A DNA stretch of 63,500 bases, counting the filler, from Rhabdomonas costata (taxonomy: Eukaryota), in assembly GCA_019059605.1 (NCBI GenBank). It is 55 parts of 55 records of this genome, joined end to end, with 100 filler letters (N's around TTAATTAATTAA, not from the genome) between each part and the next. Parts side by side here need not be neighbours in the genome. Positions count along the whole stretch, not along the records: positions 1 to 1,053 come from JAHMHO010030964.1; positions 1,154 to 2,210 come from JAHMHO010030965.1; positions 2,311 to 3,367 come from JAHMHO010030966.1; positions 3,468 to 4,524 come from JAHMHO010030967.1; positions 4,625 to 5,681 come from JAHMHO010030968.1; positions 5,782 to 6,838 come from JAHMHO010030969.1; positions 6,939 to 7,995 come from JAHMHO010030970.1; positions 8,096 to 9,152 come from JAHMHO010030971.1; 47 more parts are not named here. The stretch is one strand, 5' to 3'. Shown here in pieces: positions 1 to 11,721 of the stretch. Below the pieces are notes generated by a model. It had not been told where the DNA came from and made no database searches. It was given only the letters and a program-made list of their open reading frames with translations. A program made the translations under genes and the position numbers. Each line of letters starts with the position of its first letter. The first letter of the stretch is position 1.

Positions 1-861
1 ACACCATGCATATGTGTGCTCGCCTGTAGCCCGTGAGCGCGTGCGCGAGAAAACAGAAGGTTTCAAGAGACATTTCTCTTCAAAGCAAAAATACTAATCA
101 CTCGCCCCAATTCAGTGTAGCGAAAAAGAGTGGAGCGAGTGCTTCCCTGGACCACTGAATTCTACGCAACTGCAGTAATTCCAAAGCGCCTCAAACCCTA
201 CAAAAGATAACACGCTCCTCTAGGTCTTAAAATGAAATTAAGACAAATACAAAACAAGGGAGCACGGGGTTGTTGGCAAGCAAAGACCGCAACTGCTCGC
301 CAAAACTTGAAAAGCACCAGTGAGCGCATCCGCGAGGCGCGCGAGAAAGAACCATACAGAGAGAAGGAGGAAGCGCAACGAATACTGTGTCATTAGTTGC
401 GAAGGAGACGCCTTTGCAAAGGGCAAAGAACTTGGGCAAGATGTGGATGACCTAAAAGCGCCAGCCCTCCTCCCAATAATACTCAACCAAAAGGCACCCG
501 AGGTGACCACAGAAAATAAATTGCTTCTCAAAATCCAAATTTGTGCATTAGAAAAAGGGCGCAGAAATATCAGCATTTAAAAAAATACCCCGTGTCAAAC
601 CAGCGCTAACTGCATGACAGGAAAACAAAATGATCTATTCTTCAAAAACGTTCAGCAGAGTTCAGCCGAAGGTGAGTTGGGGCCTGATGTCCATCGCAGT
701 GGACAAACAGAACAAACTCTACGGACGAGCAGCATTTTCAACGCTCACGCCCACCTACGAAGCACACCTGAGCGCCCGAAGAAGCTATTCGGACGCAGAT
801 CACACGTCCCAGAGCGGTCCCCACGCAGGCTAGGCTGTTGTCAGGGGAAAGAGCCAGCATC

Positions 862-1049
862 GTGGGGCATTGATCCTCCAGTCCTATTGTTCGGAGTTAA
901 CTTGCATGTGTAAAACAAAAGTACAAGAAAACACTTGTCAAGAATTAATCATGGGGGCGTGTAAAATTCTTGACAAGTGTTGTCTTGTACTTTTGTTTTA
1001 CACATGCAAGTTAACTCCGAACAATAGGACTGGAGGATCAATGCCCCAC
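862..1049. repeat. Contig-terminal inverted repeat (fold-back) with 85-bp arms
   Basis: 862-946 is the reverse complement of 965-1049 with one mismatch and an 18-nt loop. It ends at the contig end. Confidence 0.95.
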
Positions 1050-1053
1050 ACCC

Positions 1054-1153
1054 NNNNNNNNNNNNNNNNNNNNNNNNNNNNNNNNNNNNNNNNNNNNTTA
1101 ATTAATTAANNNNNNNNNNNNNNNNNNNNNNNNNNNNNNNNNNNNNNNNNNNN
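1054..1153. other. Artificial contig linker (first of 54 identical linkers, recurring about every 1157 nt)
   Basis: N44 + TTAATTAATTAA + N44, which gives stop codons in all six frames. Flanking sequences are unrelated and contig lengths are near-identical, as in a length-sorted assembly. Confidence 0.99.
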
Positions 1154-2396
1154 TGTTGTGGTGGGCAGCAAAACGATACTGCTGAAAAAGTGGTCGAACT
1201 GCCACAGCGCTCCCGTGACGAAGGCTGCGCCCCTCGGACTGGGACAACGTCTGCGCAGCCTCTCGGGGCGGTCCATCACCCGGAACTGAGTGAAGCGGGC
1301 CTCAAGCTTGTCCTTTTTTATTTGGAAGACGGGGGCGCGCGAAGGGGAGAGGTTGAACAATCGGGGAAGAATAAGAAACAACCAAACAGTCAAGGCAAGC
1401 GCAAGGTGTTTTGGTCGGACATGAAAGCTGAAAGAACGTTTTTACCCCGAAAAGATAAATCTCCATTCTGAAGCATCCGGCAAATCCAAATCCGAGGATC
1501 TGCCTCGCCTGCCAATGACAGGGAAAACAGTGGGCGCCTGAATGTTCGACTGGAGCAGGAGAAGCTCCGGGCTCCTCGGCTCCCCCTTAAGATTCGTACG
1601 TGCCTTCACGACCCCCGCGCCTCCGTGAGGTCCAGCCCCGCTGCTCACGTGAGTGTTGGGTTGAACGGTGTTGAGTTGTTGCCAATCCCGACCGCAAAAA
1701 TCACTGCTGACGGAAGGGCCCTTCCCCGTCGCACCCCATCCCTGACTGCATCCCTTCCGCACCAGCTGAGCCTGCCTTAGCAGCTGTGTGGGAGTGACCA
1801 CCACGGTGGCCTCGGCAGACACCCTACCCTGGAGCTGCAGCTGCTGCTCCTTCTTCACCTGCGGCAGCACGAACTCCCCTGTGAAGCACCAAATGGACAA
1901 ACACATCTCTCTTCCAGAAGCCCATGACCAAATAGATCAGGACATGTATATAGAGTTTGTCGTGATTGTGATGAGGTGATGCGACAACGAACCCGCTTCA
2001 ATCCAAGGTGCTCGTTGTACTCCCGCTTTGTGAGAACGCTTTTGCCGTCGGCGTCGAACGTCAAGTAGGACTCGCAGTTTTATAGTTTCGAGAACACATA
2101 TTCATTGCTTCATACATTAAATCCATTTAAAGAAAGCCACTTCCAAAATTGCGCTGCTTCGCCTCGAATACCTGAATGCCAGAACCCCTAAAGACCGAAT
2201 ACAAACCCACNNNNNNNNNNNNNNNNNNNNNNNNNNNNNNNNNNNNNNNNNNNNTTAATTAATTAANNNNNNNNNNNNNNNNNNNNNNNNNNNNNNNNNN
2301 NNNNNNNNNNCGCATCTTCCCGATTCCTATCCTTCCGTATAATAGCCCTGCGAGGGGGCATCTGGCCTTTTGGCCCAATTTGGGGTGGAGTGGCTC

Positions 2397-3122
2397 TTAG
2401 AAGCACTCCATGCGCCACCTTTCCTCGCTGACCATCGTCTTGAAGTACTCCTCGGCCTTCAGCTGGGTCATCTTCCCCGCAGTAACCAGAGCGCGGGTCA
2501 TCGCGTCACTGCACATCTTCGGGATCCCCATGGCGGGACCTGGAATGAGTTCGCGTGCAGCGTCAGTAACAGCCCCCACTTCGGCCACTGTAAGAACGAC
2601 TTCTACGTCGCGAACGCCACCATACTGAGCACATAAAGAGGGAGACTTTGCAGGGGAAAAGGCAGCGCACAAGGTGCAATACCGCAATAGTAGCAGCAGG
2701 CGTCGGGGTGCTTCAGCACGTCCCACACGGCGTCGGGGTCCTTGTCCATGATCATGGGCACTGAATGCGGAGGCAAAGTCCCATTACTCCGACCCCTGCC
2801 ACCCACCAGACCTTTCACATATGCCGATGCATCTGGCACTCCGGCGGAGGCTATGTCCACGACATAAAAAAAACTGTGTCCCCACACCAGTCCAGCGTGT
2901 TTCAGTGCGGTTGAGGGTGCTTCTGTATAAGATGACTCCCATATCTAAAAGCACTCACCTCAGTAACCCCCCCCCCTTTTTGTGAAGAGGAAGGTACTTG
3001 GGAGTTCACGGCAGGAAAAAGAAAAGAGAACAGACCTGTCTCAAAGACCTGGGGGTCGTCGTGGCTGAAGGACGTGTGGACGGCTGTAAGGATGCCGCAC
3101 CGCACGTAGTTCTCAAACAGTT
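2397..3122 (-). CDS. C-terminal NAD(P)H-binding domain of a diflavin reductase (CPR/CysJ/PNO-type FNR module), last three exons, 5' partial
   Basis: Exons 3122-3036, 2760-2683 and 2539-2397 join through phase-compatible GT-AG introns. Product: ELFENYVRCGILTAVHTSFSHDDPQVFETVPMIMDKDPDAVWDVLKHPDACCYYCGPAMGIPKMCSDAMTRALVTAGKMTQLKAEEYFKTMVSEERWRMECF*. It has the YxCG motif, an AFSR-equivalent motif and a terminal aromatic residue. Confidence 0.85.
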
Positions 3123-3270
3123 CTGTGAAAATCGATGGTAGCGTTGAAGGTGACGGTGACGGAAGTGGATGCGTGAAGCTTGCTCACCACCAAAAGAAAT
3201 CGCTTTCGCATCAATAAAACCCCTGCAGTGACTCTCCACCCTTCTCACTGGGGATTGGGTCCTACCACAC

Positions 3271-3367
3271 ACTCCAACAACCTCAATGAAATACTTACCG
3301 CTTGACAGTCACCGTGTCAGCCTGAGGATGTGGCAACCGGTAAGTATTTCATTGAGGTTGTTGGAGT
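3271..3367. repeat. Contig-terminal perfect inverted repeat with 30-bp arms
   Basis: 3271-3300 is the reverse complement of 3338-3367. Confidence 0.95.
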
Positions 3368-3722
3368 NNNNNNNNNNNNNNNNNNNNNNNNNNNNNNNNN
3401 NNNNNNNNNNNTTAATTAATTAANNNNNNNNNNNNNNNNNNNNNNNNNNNNNNNNNNNNNNNNNNNNTACCGTCGAGTTTCCACTCTAACACGCGCAAGT
3501 GAAAAAGAGTACGTTGTGAATAAAACCAACCTGCACATTACAGGAGCAGCTATGTCGGTAGTGAACAGTTGGTTTCTGCCCCTGTCCAGGCGCAAGATTA
3601 TACAAACACAGATCCCCTCCCCTCCCCGTTCTCATCCTCGTATCCTACTCACCGCCTCAAGGCGGGACTTCTGAAAACGCAGTGTTCTTTGGTGCGTGTG
3701 GATTTGGACCGGTACCACTGGT

Positions 3723-3873
3723 GTTCGGTACAGTTGCCAGGCACCCGTGTGCACCCCCCCACACACACATCACACACTGGCCAACAGCGCATGCCCCCGT
3801 CAGCCCACAGTGGTCACCAAAACCAAGCAACCAGTCAACCAGGCAACAGCCAGCGCGCAATGCGCCCAACACA
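3723..3873 (+). mobile_element. Dispersed repeat family A (SINE-like, CA tail), intronic copy
   Basis: Core CCAACAGCGC...CAGTGGTCACC...AACCAGTCAACCAGGCAACAGCCAGCGCGCAATGCGCCCAACACA is shared with 28920-29086, 30077-30202 and 60132-60258. Confidence 0.8.
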
Positions 3874-3907
3874 AGATCATATTTCTCTCACCTGATCTTG
3901 CTCTCAG

Positions 3908-4221
3908 GATGGGAGCTCTTTGGGACCTTCGCCGTGATGGTGTGGACCATTCTGACCAAAGACGTGGCCCGGTTTGTGCTGCTGTACCTGACCTTCCTGG
4001 TGTCCTTCGCGCTGGCGCTGTTCGGAGGAATTCTGTACGACCCTGACGACCCCGCGGTGGAGCTGCAGGACGCCTTCCTGCACCCCGTGGGGACCTGGCT
4101 TGGGGGCATCCAGTCCCAGGTCTTCCTGAGCTTCGGCCCGAAGTGGTTTGGGGTGGTTTTGTTTGTGGTGTGGGTCATCCTCTCCACGATGCTGCTGGCC
4201 AACCTCCTGATCGCTATGATG
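3908..4221 (+). CDS. TRP (TRPV-like) ion channel exon covering S4-S5 linker, S5, pore and S6
   Basis: After tctcag it reads GWELFGTFAVMVWTILTKDVARFVLLYLTFLVSFALALF...FVVWVILSTMLLANLLIAMM. The NLLIAMM S6 signature and the D-x-x-R-F motif at the start of S5 are present. Confidence 0.85.
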
Positions 4222-5816
4222 GCATGCGCACCCCTCCCCGCATCTGTCTCGTGCCTCTTGTGTTGGGGGGGGCGCTTAGCACTGCCAAAAGGAGCACCGC
4301 CCCCATGAGTGGAACCCTAGTTGCCCGCTCCGGCCACGCCTCTGGTCTTCGCAGCTGAGGTAATCCCAACCAAGTGGCCTGCCAAAGCCCAGCAACGACA
4401 ATTCCTGAAATCAACAGGAACCCAAAAATGATGAGCCCGTCCTCCCCACAACCAGTGATTACGATTGTCTCCAACAGAAACTGGCTAAATCAGATAAGGA
4501 TAGTTATTCATAACCCAAACCCCCNNNNNNNNNNNNNNNNNNNNNNNNNNNNNNNNNNNNNNNNNNNNTTAATTAATTAANNNNNNNNNNNNNNNNNNNN
4601 NNNNNNNNNNNNNNNNNNNNNNNNTTTTTCTTTCGTACTTATGAGACAACGTGCTGCGGGACGTGTTAGCTTTATCTTGGTAGTGCACCCCGATTGTGCT
4701 TCTCTGAAAAGCAAGCATGACGGGCTGTTTTTTCCTTTGCAACCAGCGTTCCATTCTTTTTCGAGGCTTTTTTTATAGTATTTTTCGGGATGTTGGCGCA
4801 GTGTTTGAGGCGCGATGAGTGTTATCTTGTTGCAGGATCGAGTATTCATGTGCCTTGTATGTGTTTGTGTTGCGTTCCGTTGAAAAGATATGGCCCAATA
4901 TAAGCGAGTTCTTGCTTGTGGACCATGTGGATTACGTGTCTCTTTTATCAGGTTGAAAAGGTGGCTGAAGGTTGAAAAGTTGTAGAAGTTGTATGTAGTG
5001 AAGGAGATGCCCCGTGGTGTTATCCCTTCATCTTCGTGGTGTGTACAGTTGTGCTTTTGTGTGTGCGCGGGGATGCGCGCTCACGTTGCTCTCGGTTTAT
5101 GTCATCGCTTCATCGTGTGTCTCTCGACTCCTTCCTCCCTCCACCACCAGAACTGAGCGTCGCACCCTGTGTACGCCTTGACTCATCATGAACTTTTCTT
5201 TTTCCTTCGGGGAACTATCTGGCCTGAGTTTCTGGCTAGATGTGCGGGCGAAAACGTATATACTCATTCTCTCCTCCCAGGCTTGCTTTTTTCAAGCCGC
5301 TCTCTGGTAGTTCGTGTACCGCATCTCAGGTTTTTCTCCCCGCGGCAAGGGGACGACGTTCTCTTAGGCGTACATCTCACACCCTCTCACTTGCCCTCGC
5401 TTTCTTGCCCTCTCAGTTTCTGTCTCACTTTCCAAATGGTGTCTGCGCCAGGGAAGAAGCGCTTGACAGTGTTGCAGGGTAGTCAAGGGGGGAAGTGGCT
5501 TCAATCGGACAAGCCTTTCCGGTAATCCGAGCTTCAAATCGTATATCTATCTCCCCATTCAACACTGCTGAGGCATGCCCTGTCTTACCACCTGATTCTC
5601 CAGTTGTACGTTTGTGTGCGTTTCGTGCACCGTTGCTTGCAGACAAGACAAGAAACCCTTCAGTATTTTCCAACCCCCCCCNNNNNNNNNNNNNNNNNNN
5701 NNNNNNNNNNNNNNNNNNNNNNNNNTTAATTAATTAANNNNNNNNNNNNNNNNNNNNNNNNNNNNNNNNNNNNNNNNNNNNGTTGGGTGGGCGAAAACGA
5801 TATGTCCTCTCACAGT

Positions 5817-5933
5817 CACACATACACACACCAGCTTGAACGGCTCGTTTTGAAGACGATGTCAGGAACGAAGAATGGTGAACAGACCGTGTTCACGCAA
5901 ATCGAGCCGTTCAAGCTGGTGTGTGTATGTGTG
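5817..5933. repeat. Perfect inverted repeat with 31-bp arms and a 55-nt loop
   Basis: CACACATACACACACCAGCTTGAACGGCTCG (5817-5847) is the reverse complement of 5903-5933. Confidence 0.9.
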
Positions 5934-6944
5934 GTTGGGTGATCTCGTTGGCAAAGCGTTTTGGACTGGACCGGCTTGCGGTGAGGAACGAGTCTAAATA
6001 TAAGCTCAGGCCCCAACTAGCCAGGAGCATGCTGGGTGATGCTGCCAGGTCTGCGCATTGAAAGATAAAATACCTGGGAAGCCAACTTGTTGGGCAGCCG
6101 GGAAAAATGACGGAGGTAGCGCATGTCGCAGACTCCGCAGCTGTGGAGCTGACCCCTGGCCTGAGACACTTCAGCACGCGGTGGGAGGCGGTGCCAGTGC
6201 AGAGCTCAGCGCAAAGAAAGCGCAAAGTGGAAGTGAGAACCCAAGAGATGGGGGACAGTGATGCCAGTGTGCAGCAGCACAGGAGCGAAGCGAGATCCAG
6301 CAGATGAAAGAATGAGAGAATGGGCGCCAGAGAAAAGAGAGGAAAAAGGACGAGAAGGAGGGGGAAGGAGATAAGGGAGGGAAGAAGGAAAGAGGGGGGT
6401 AAGAGGGCCCGCCCTCAAAAGAAAGTGCGACGGAGAGATGAAATCCATGGTGACGGAGGTGAAGAAGATGGTGCACTAGCAGTGAAGCAGTCATCGGAGC
6501 AGTCCCTGGGGGCAATAAAGGGGGAGACTCTGGCGCGGTTGCTGACCTGACAAGCCCGCATCCTCCGGATGCACCAGAACCGGAACAATTGTCACTCATG
6601 ACAAAACGGAGATTACCCCGTCGACGTTCCGTCAAGGGGGTAGATCCAGAGTGAGACAGCCACAGCGAGTAGACCAACGCCCCCAGAATCACCTTTGGAA
6701 TGACGGCCGCAGCCTGACCCGCAAAGGTGATGTCGGGGCAAGCATCCGGGCTGGGACGCAGGTTCGGAGATGGGCTGACTGGATAGAAGAGCTTGAGGTC
6801 GAGCGGGCTATGGGAAGGGACTGTGAGCACTTGCAAACNNNNNNNNNNNNNNNNNNNNNNNNNNNNNNNNNNNNNNNNNNNNTTAATTAATTAANNNNNN
6901 NNNNNNNNNNNNNNNNNNNNNNNNNNNNNNNNNNNNNNGGGGTT

Positions 6945-7788
6945 TGGTCACGTGCTGGGGGGAGGTGGTGGCTGGAAGGCCAGGCTCTGGTGGGGGAGAA
7001 TGGGGATGCCGCAAGCACTTTTATTCCCTCGCTCCCATGCAAGTTGCTCCCCATATCCAAGAACGTGACGTTGGGGAAGAACGGAGATGCTGCAAAAGCC
7101 TCGATTCCTTCCGCTGCAATCCGGTTGCGCCGTATATCAAATGACGAAAGCCTTGGGAAGAAATAGGAAGCTGCAAACGCCTGCATTCCCTCAGCACCGA
7201 TCTCGTTTCCGCGCATATCAAGGAGGTGAGGTTGAAAAAGAACGAGGATGCCGCGAGCGCCTGCATCCCGGCATTCCCAATCAAATTCAACAAAGCATCC
7301 AAGGCCGTCAGCCTGGTCAAAAACCAGCATCTCGCAAGAGCTTCTATCCCCACATCACCCAGCATATTGCGCCGAATATCAAACGAAGTGAGCGTGGGGG
7401 AAAGAGGGCACGCCACAGACTCCTGCATTCCTGCAGTCCCGATCCGGCTGTCGTCAAGATCCAAGGAAATGAGATTAGGGAAAAGAGCAGAGGCGCAGTT
7501 TGCGGCCATCTCAGCACCGAGCGCAAGCAAATACCTCACCAGCTCTTTGCTTTGTATCGAAATTACGGCAGCGGAGCAGCCCACCCACAAGGTCCCAGGC
7601 TCAGATTTCACCTCCAGGCGATCTTTGAGGGTTTCCGGGAGGTGAAGGACAACCTTCCATTTTCCGACAAGGAACTGATCCACGAGTGCTCGAAAACGCT
7701 GGCAAACCAGCCGCACGTACAACTGCGGCTTGAGCTCCAAAAACTGAAAGCTGCAAATCAAAGTATCATCAGGAATCGCGGACAACAT
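6945..7788 (-). CDS. F-box plus leucine-rich-repeat protein, intronless here, one frameshift near 7222 (pseudogene or sequence error), 3' partial
   Basis: N-terminal LSAIPDDTLICSFQFLELKPQLYVRLVCQRFRALV is an F-box. Six 27-aa LRRs of the type PNLTSLDMRGNEIGAEGMQAFAASPFF follow. The repeat register continues in another frame after NLTS. Confidence 0.85.
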
Positions 7789-9252
7789 CTTGCATAAAAG
7801 CTTCTCCCCTGTCTTGCATCCCAAAAAAATATGACAAGACTAGTCCAAAGCAATAGAGAAAAGAGAGAGAGAGAGAGAAGAAAGAGCGCATGGGCAACTC
7901 CTAATGTTCAGCACCCACTTCCAACCCGACGTATGCAGCGCTTTTCCTCGTGTGCCAGACACCACGTCACCTTCGCGGACTACTTCCAAAAACCCNNNNN
8001 NNNNNNNNNNNNNNNNNNNNNNNNNNNNNNNNNNNNNNNTTAATTAATTAANNNNNNNNNNNNNNNNNNNNNNNNNNNNNNNNNNNNNNNNNNNNGGTCG
8101 AAAGTGAGCAGCAGCTCACTTTTCTGGGAACGCATCGTTATTGCAAACGAGGAAAACGGGGAAATCTGGGTGGATGTGGGGGTACCGAACCTCTTGGCCT
8201 CTGAGGTTACCGACCATTTTCGACCTCGGAAGCACCGCTGCAGCCGTGGGTTGAAATCTGGCGAGCGACGGCAAAAACATCACCAAAAAAGCAAGTGGGG
8301 GGGGGGTGATGGGCAGGGATTCAAAACGTCCATCTGGAAAAAGTGTCGATTGCTCAGTGTCAATTGTGGGCAACACCTATGACGTGCCCAGAGGCGTACT
8401 GCACCCTCCCTCTCCCAGACAATTCACCATCGCTCTCATTCGGAAGCGGTAACAACCAAATGGAAATAACAGGCGTCTACGGTTGCTTTCAGTATTATTG
8501 GCAGTGGTTCAGAGTAGGTCCTTGCCATCTGTGGAACCCCTGGACCTGAGCTCTTGGGGCCCAAACTGTAGGGAGCGACGCAAAGCAGGCCGGAAAACCC
8601 CGAAAACAATACCGGTAGCAGACAACCTATAAGAGCAAACGCACGCACAGACCTCTCGCCATGAATGGGAAGGGGCCGCACACGGGCCGCCTTCGCGGAT
8701 TTCCTGCGGGAGCGTTTCTGCAGCTCGTTCATCTTGCGCTTTTGCCTCGCAATGCCCGCGGCAATCTTCTCGATGCTGCCGTGAAAAGGCAGAGCGTGCA
8801 AGAAGAACGCAAACCCTTAGGGACGGACAGCAAAAGAAGACCCGTCCAGTGTGTGTGACTTAGGAAATCAATGACAATACCAAGAAAGATAATTTCGATT
8901 CTCACATGTTTGTGCGCAATTCCAAAACACAGTTGCCTGATTCTTCGCTAAGACACTGACCCTGGCCAACCACAAGGTGCCTCTACCGACGTACCCCAAG
9001 GCAGAGAAACAACAGGGAAACAAAGTGGAACACGCGTTGCACTTTCAGTGGAGTTTCTTCAGCACGCTCTTTTCGGACCACTCTAAGTGAGGACGCTTTT
9101 TTCAATCCACTATATAAGCACTGTGTAAAGCTAACTCCGCCATTTCTACCTCNNNNNNNNNNNNNNNNNNNNNNNNNNNNNNNNNNNNNNNNNNNNTTAA
9201 TTAATTAANNNNNNNNNNNNNNNNNNNNNNNNNNNNNNNNNNNNNNNNNNNN

Positions 9253-9501
9253 ATGTCCACTGCAGAGAAAAACTACCCAGTGCATGAGAGGGAGATGCTA
9301 GCGTTGGTGGACACGTTGGAAGAATTGGGGCATTAATTTCTGGGTTCAGATGTCAGAGTTCACACGTACAACTCGGCGTTAAGCTATTTGCAGAAGAACC
9401 ATAGGCCTTCGCCAACGCAAGTGCGGTGGTTGGAGAGATTATAGAGGTATACTTTGCAGATCGCCCACATTCATGGAAGGCAAAATGTCGCTGCGGATGC
9501 C
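9253..9501 (+). mobile_element. Decayed Ty3/gypsy LTR retrotransposon, RNase H domain
   Basis: Translates as STAEKNYPVHEREMLALVDTLEELGH*FLGSDVRVHTYNSALSYLQ...QVRWLERL*RYTLQIAHIHGRQNVAADA, with two in-frame stops. Confidence 0.9.
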
Positions 9502-11601
9502 ACACATTGGACGAGGCAAATCTGGGATTTGCAGAGATGGAGTGTTTGTTGAGTTTGGCGACGTTGAGGGTCAATGGATCGCTCTGTGCATCTTTAAGTG
9601 TGGCATCAGCAGGTGATCCAGAGGATTGGTGGTCCGACTACTGGCTTGAGCCAGTAGTGCGGAGTCACCAGCATCAGCCGAGATTTCTCCCGACATGCGT
9701 TCGCCAGCACGTGAGCGATGACACTCCACGGCTGGTTGGAGTACATAAACACATCTGGACCTCACACAAAAGCAAAAGCATTATGTCCAAATGCCCCTGT
9801 ATCCCACTAATATACTGTAAAGTACATTGTTAGCTCTCTGAAGCAAACATGTCAATGCAAGGTTTCACCATCAAATTGTAACTTCACTTCTTCTTCGGCA
9901 CCAAACTCTGGACAAGTGGCACGTCCAACAATTGTACGCAACATTATCTCTTCGTAAACATCATCTTGTGAACATTCTTCATCCGTCACACCCTGTGGAA
10001 AGCCATCAAAATGTACTCGCAAAGCATCAAGAGACCACTCAGTGGGCCATTAAACAGAGTCCTGCACAGATCTTTCATCCGCTCTCCTCTGTAACTCTAT
10101 GAAACGCTCCGCCATACGGTCTCCCCAAGCTCTGGTTCGGGGGAAACCACCACCACCTGTGGTTCCACATACAGCTCTGGCCGATGCTCTTTAAACTGTT
10201 CGCCATATTCCGGCCATCACTCTCTTAGCCGCCTTTACTTACCTCCTCCAGATCTGGCTCTGGACGGGTATGTTACTGCTCTTGTTCGGATTTCACAACC
10301 ACCCCCCCANNNNNNNNNNNNNNNNNNNNNNNNNNNNNNNNNNNNNNNNNNNNTTAATTAATTAANNNNNNNNNNNNNNNNNNNNNNNNNNNNNNNNNNN
10401 NNNNNNNNNGTTTGTGGTTTTATTCTTTGACTTCTTCCCTTCTTTTAAATGGCTTGATGCACCTCACTCTGTGATACAAAACCTCTCTGGCGCTTTCCTC
10501 GTGGTACCTTTTTGGCTACACTGCCTTTGGACAACCTGTCACACTGAAGTTCGTATTGTCCCAGGGTGTTCACAGGTTATACGAAGGGAAAAATCACAGA
10601 ATAAAAGCAGAAACTATAAAATCGCAGCAAAAATGTTCACAGTTTGGGTGGAACGAATGAACTGGAATAGGAATAGGACGTCGCAAGGCCAAAGATGCGT
10701 TGCAAAAAAAAGACAAAGCATGAAGATTGGCATTTGCCTTTTCGCGATACCGGAGGGTGCGCAAGAGATGTACTCAGGCTTCAGCGCAGGTACCTCACGG
10801 CTGGTGGTACTGTGAAAGGGGTAAAAGGAGTTAGTCAAGGAAGCAGTCGCGGGCACGGGCACACCACCACCGCAGCAGCCGCAGCAGCACCGGAACGAGG
10901 GGCCTCCGTTGGGCGGACTAGTCCTGCCTTTGGAGGGCTCCTGATTATGGGATCCTTTAGAACGTCCTCTCCACCCACCTTTTGAGGATACTCCCGTCTT
11001 GCCTTCCTTTGTGATATTGTACATTCCTTCCCTTCCTTTGCCTTGATGAGGTTGTTTTTTATGAGGATGAGGCCCAATGAAGCTATCATTCTGCTGATTG
11101 TGTTTGTTTGTGTTGAAGCAAATGAAAATATCTCTTTTCTTGACTGAGGCTTGCGTGGTGCGCCATCCCGTTTCTACTATTGGCACCCCGTTTGTACGGG
11201 CATGCCCTGTCATTCCTCGCTATGGGTAAAACAACTGCCGTTTGTGAGAAGTGTGAGGGTCGCACTCAGATGCTTTAGATGTGGTGGCGATACTCATTCG
11301 ACTGCAAAAGTACACCTCCGCCGTGCGTCGATGAGAAGAGACAAAGAAGAGAGGAAAGCAGCCAGCACAAGGGAAAGCAACGTTTGGTTTCAGCCCAAAA
11401 AGGGAAAGTTAGGAAAGGCCACCGTCGGGCATGATTTGGCGCACGCATACGTGCACCCCACCACCCNNNNNNNNNNNNNNNNNNNNNNNNNNNNNNNNNN
11501 NNNNNNNNNNTTAATTAATTAANNNNNNNNNNNNNNNNNNNNNNNNNNNNNNNNNNNNNNNNNNNNACGTGCACGAACACACACACACACACACACACAC
11601 C

Positions 11602-11721
11602 ACGCCGCAGCAGGGGCAGGAGGATCTCCCGCACCCTGGCGGGGTCCTCCGTGGGGTGGCAGATCTGCACCAGCCGCAGTGAGAGCTCGTGCAGGCCAAA
11701 CCGCTGGCACTCCGTGTACAT
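11602..11721 (-). CDS. Internal exon of an unidentified helical protein
   Basis: AG/GT-bounded GC-rich exon MYTECQRFGLHELSLRLVQICHPTEDPARVREILLPLLRR, followed by a (GT)n intron. Confidence 0.5.

Noticed and set aside
862..1049. Terminal hairpins (also 3271, 16195, 20829, 43958, 53013, 61105) as pre-miRNAs, hairpin telomeres or terminators
   Set aside because: The arms are unrelated to each other, essentially perfect and always run to the contig end, which is typical of fold-back amplification artefacts.
9253..9501. TAA/TAG reassignment (alternative genetic code) suggested by in-frame stops in RNase H
   Set aside because: The element is decayed at other conserved positions. The stops replace different expected residues (Tyr and Gln). 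The reductase gene ends at a normal TAA, and intact exons have no internal TAR.
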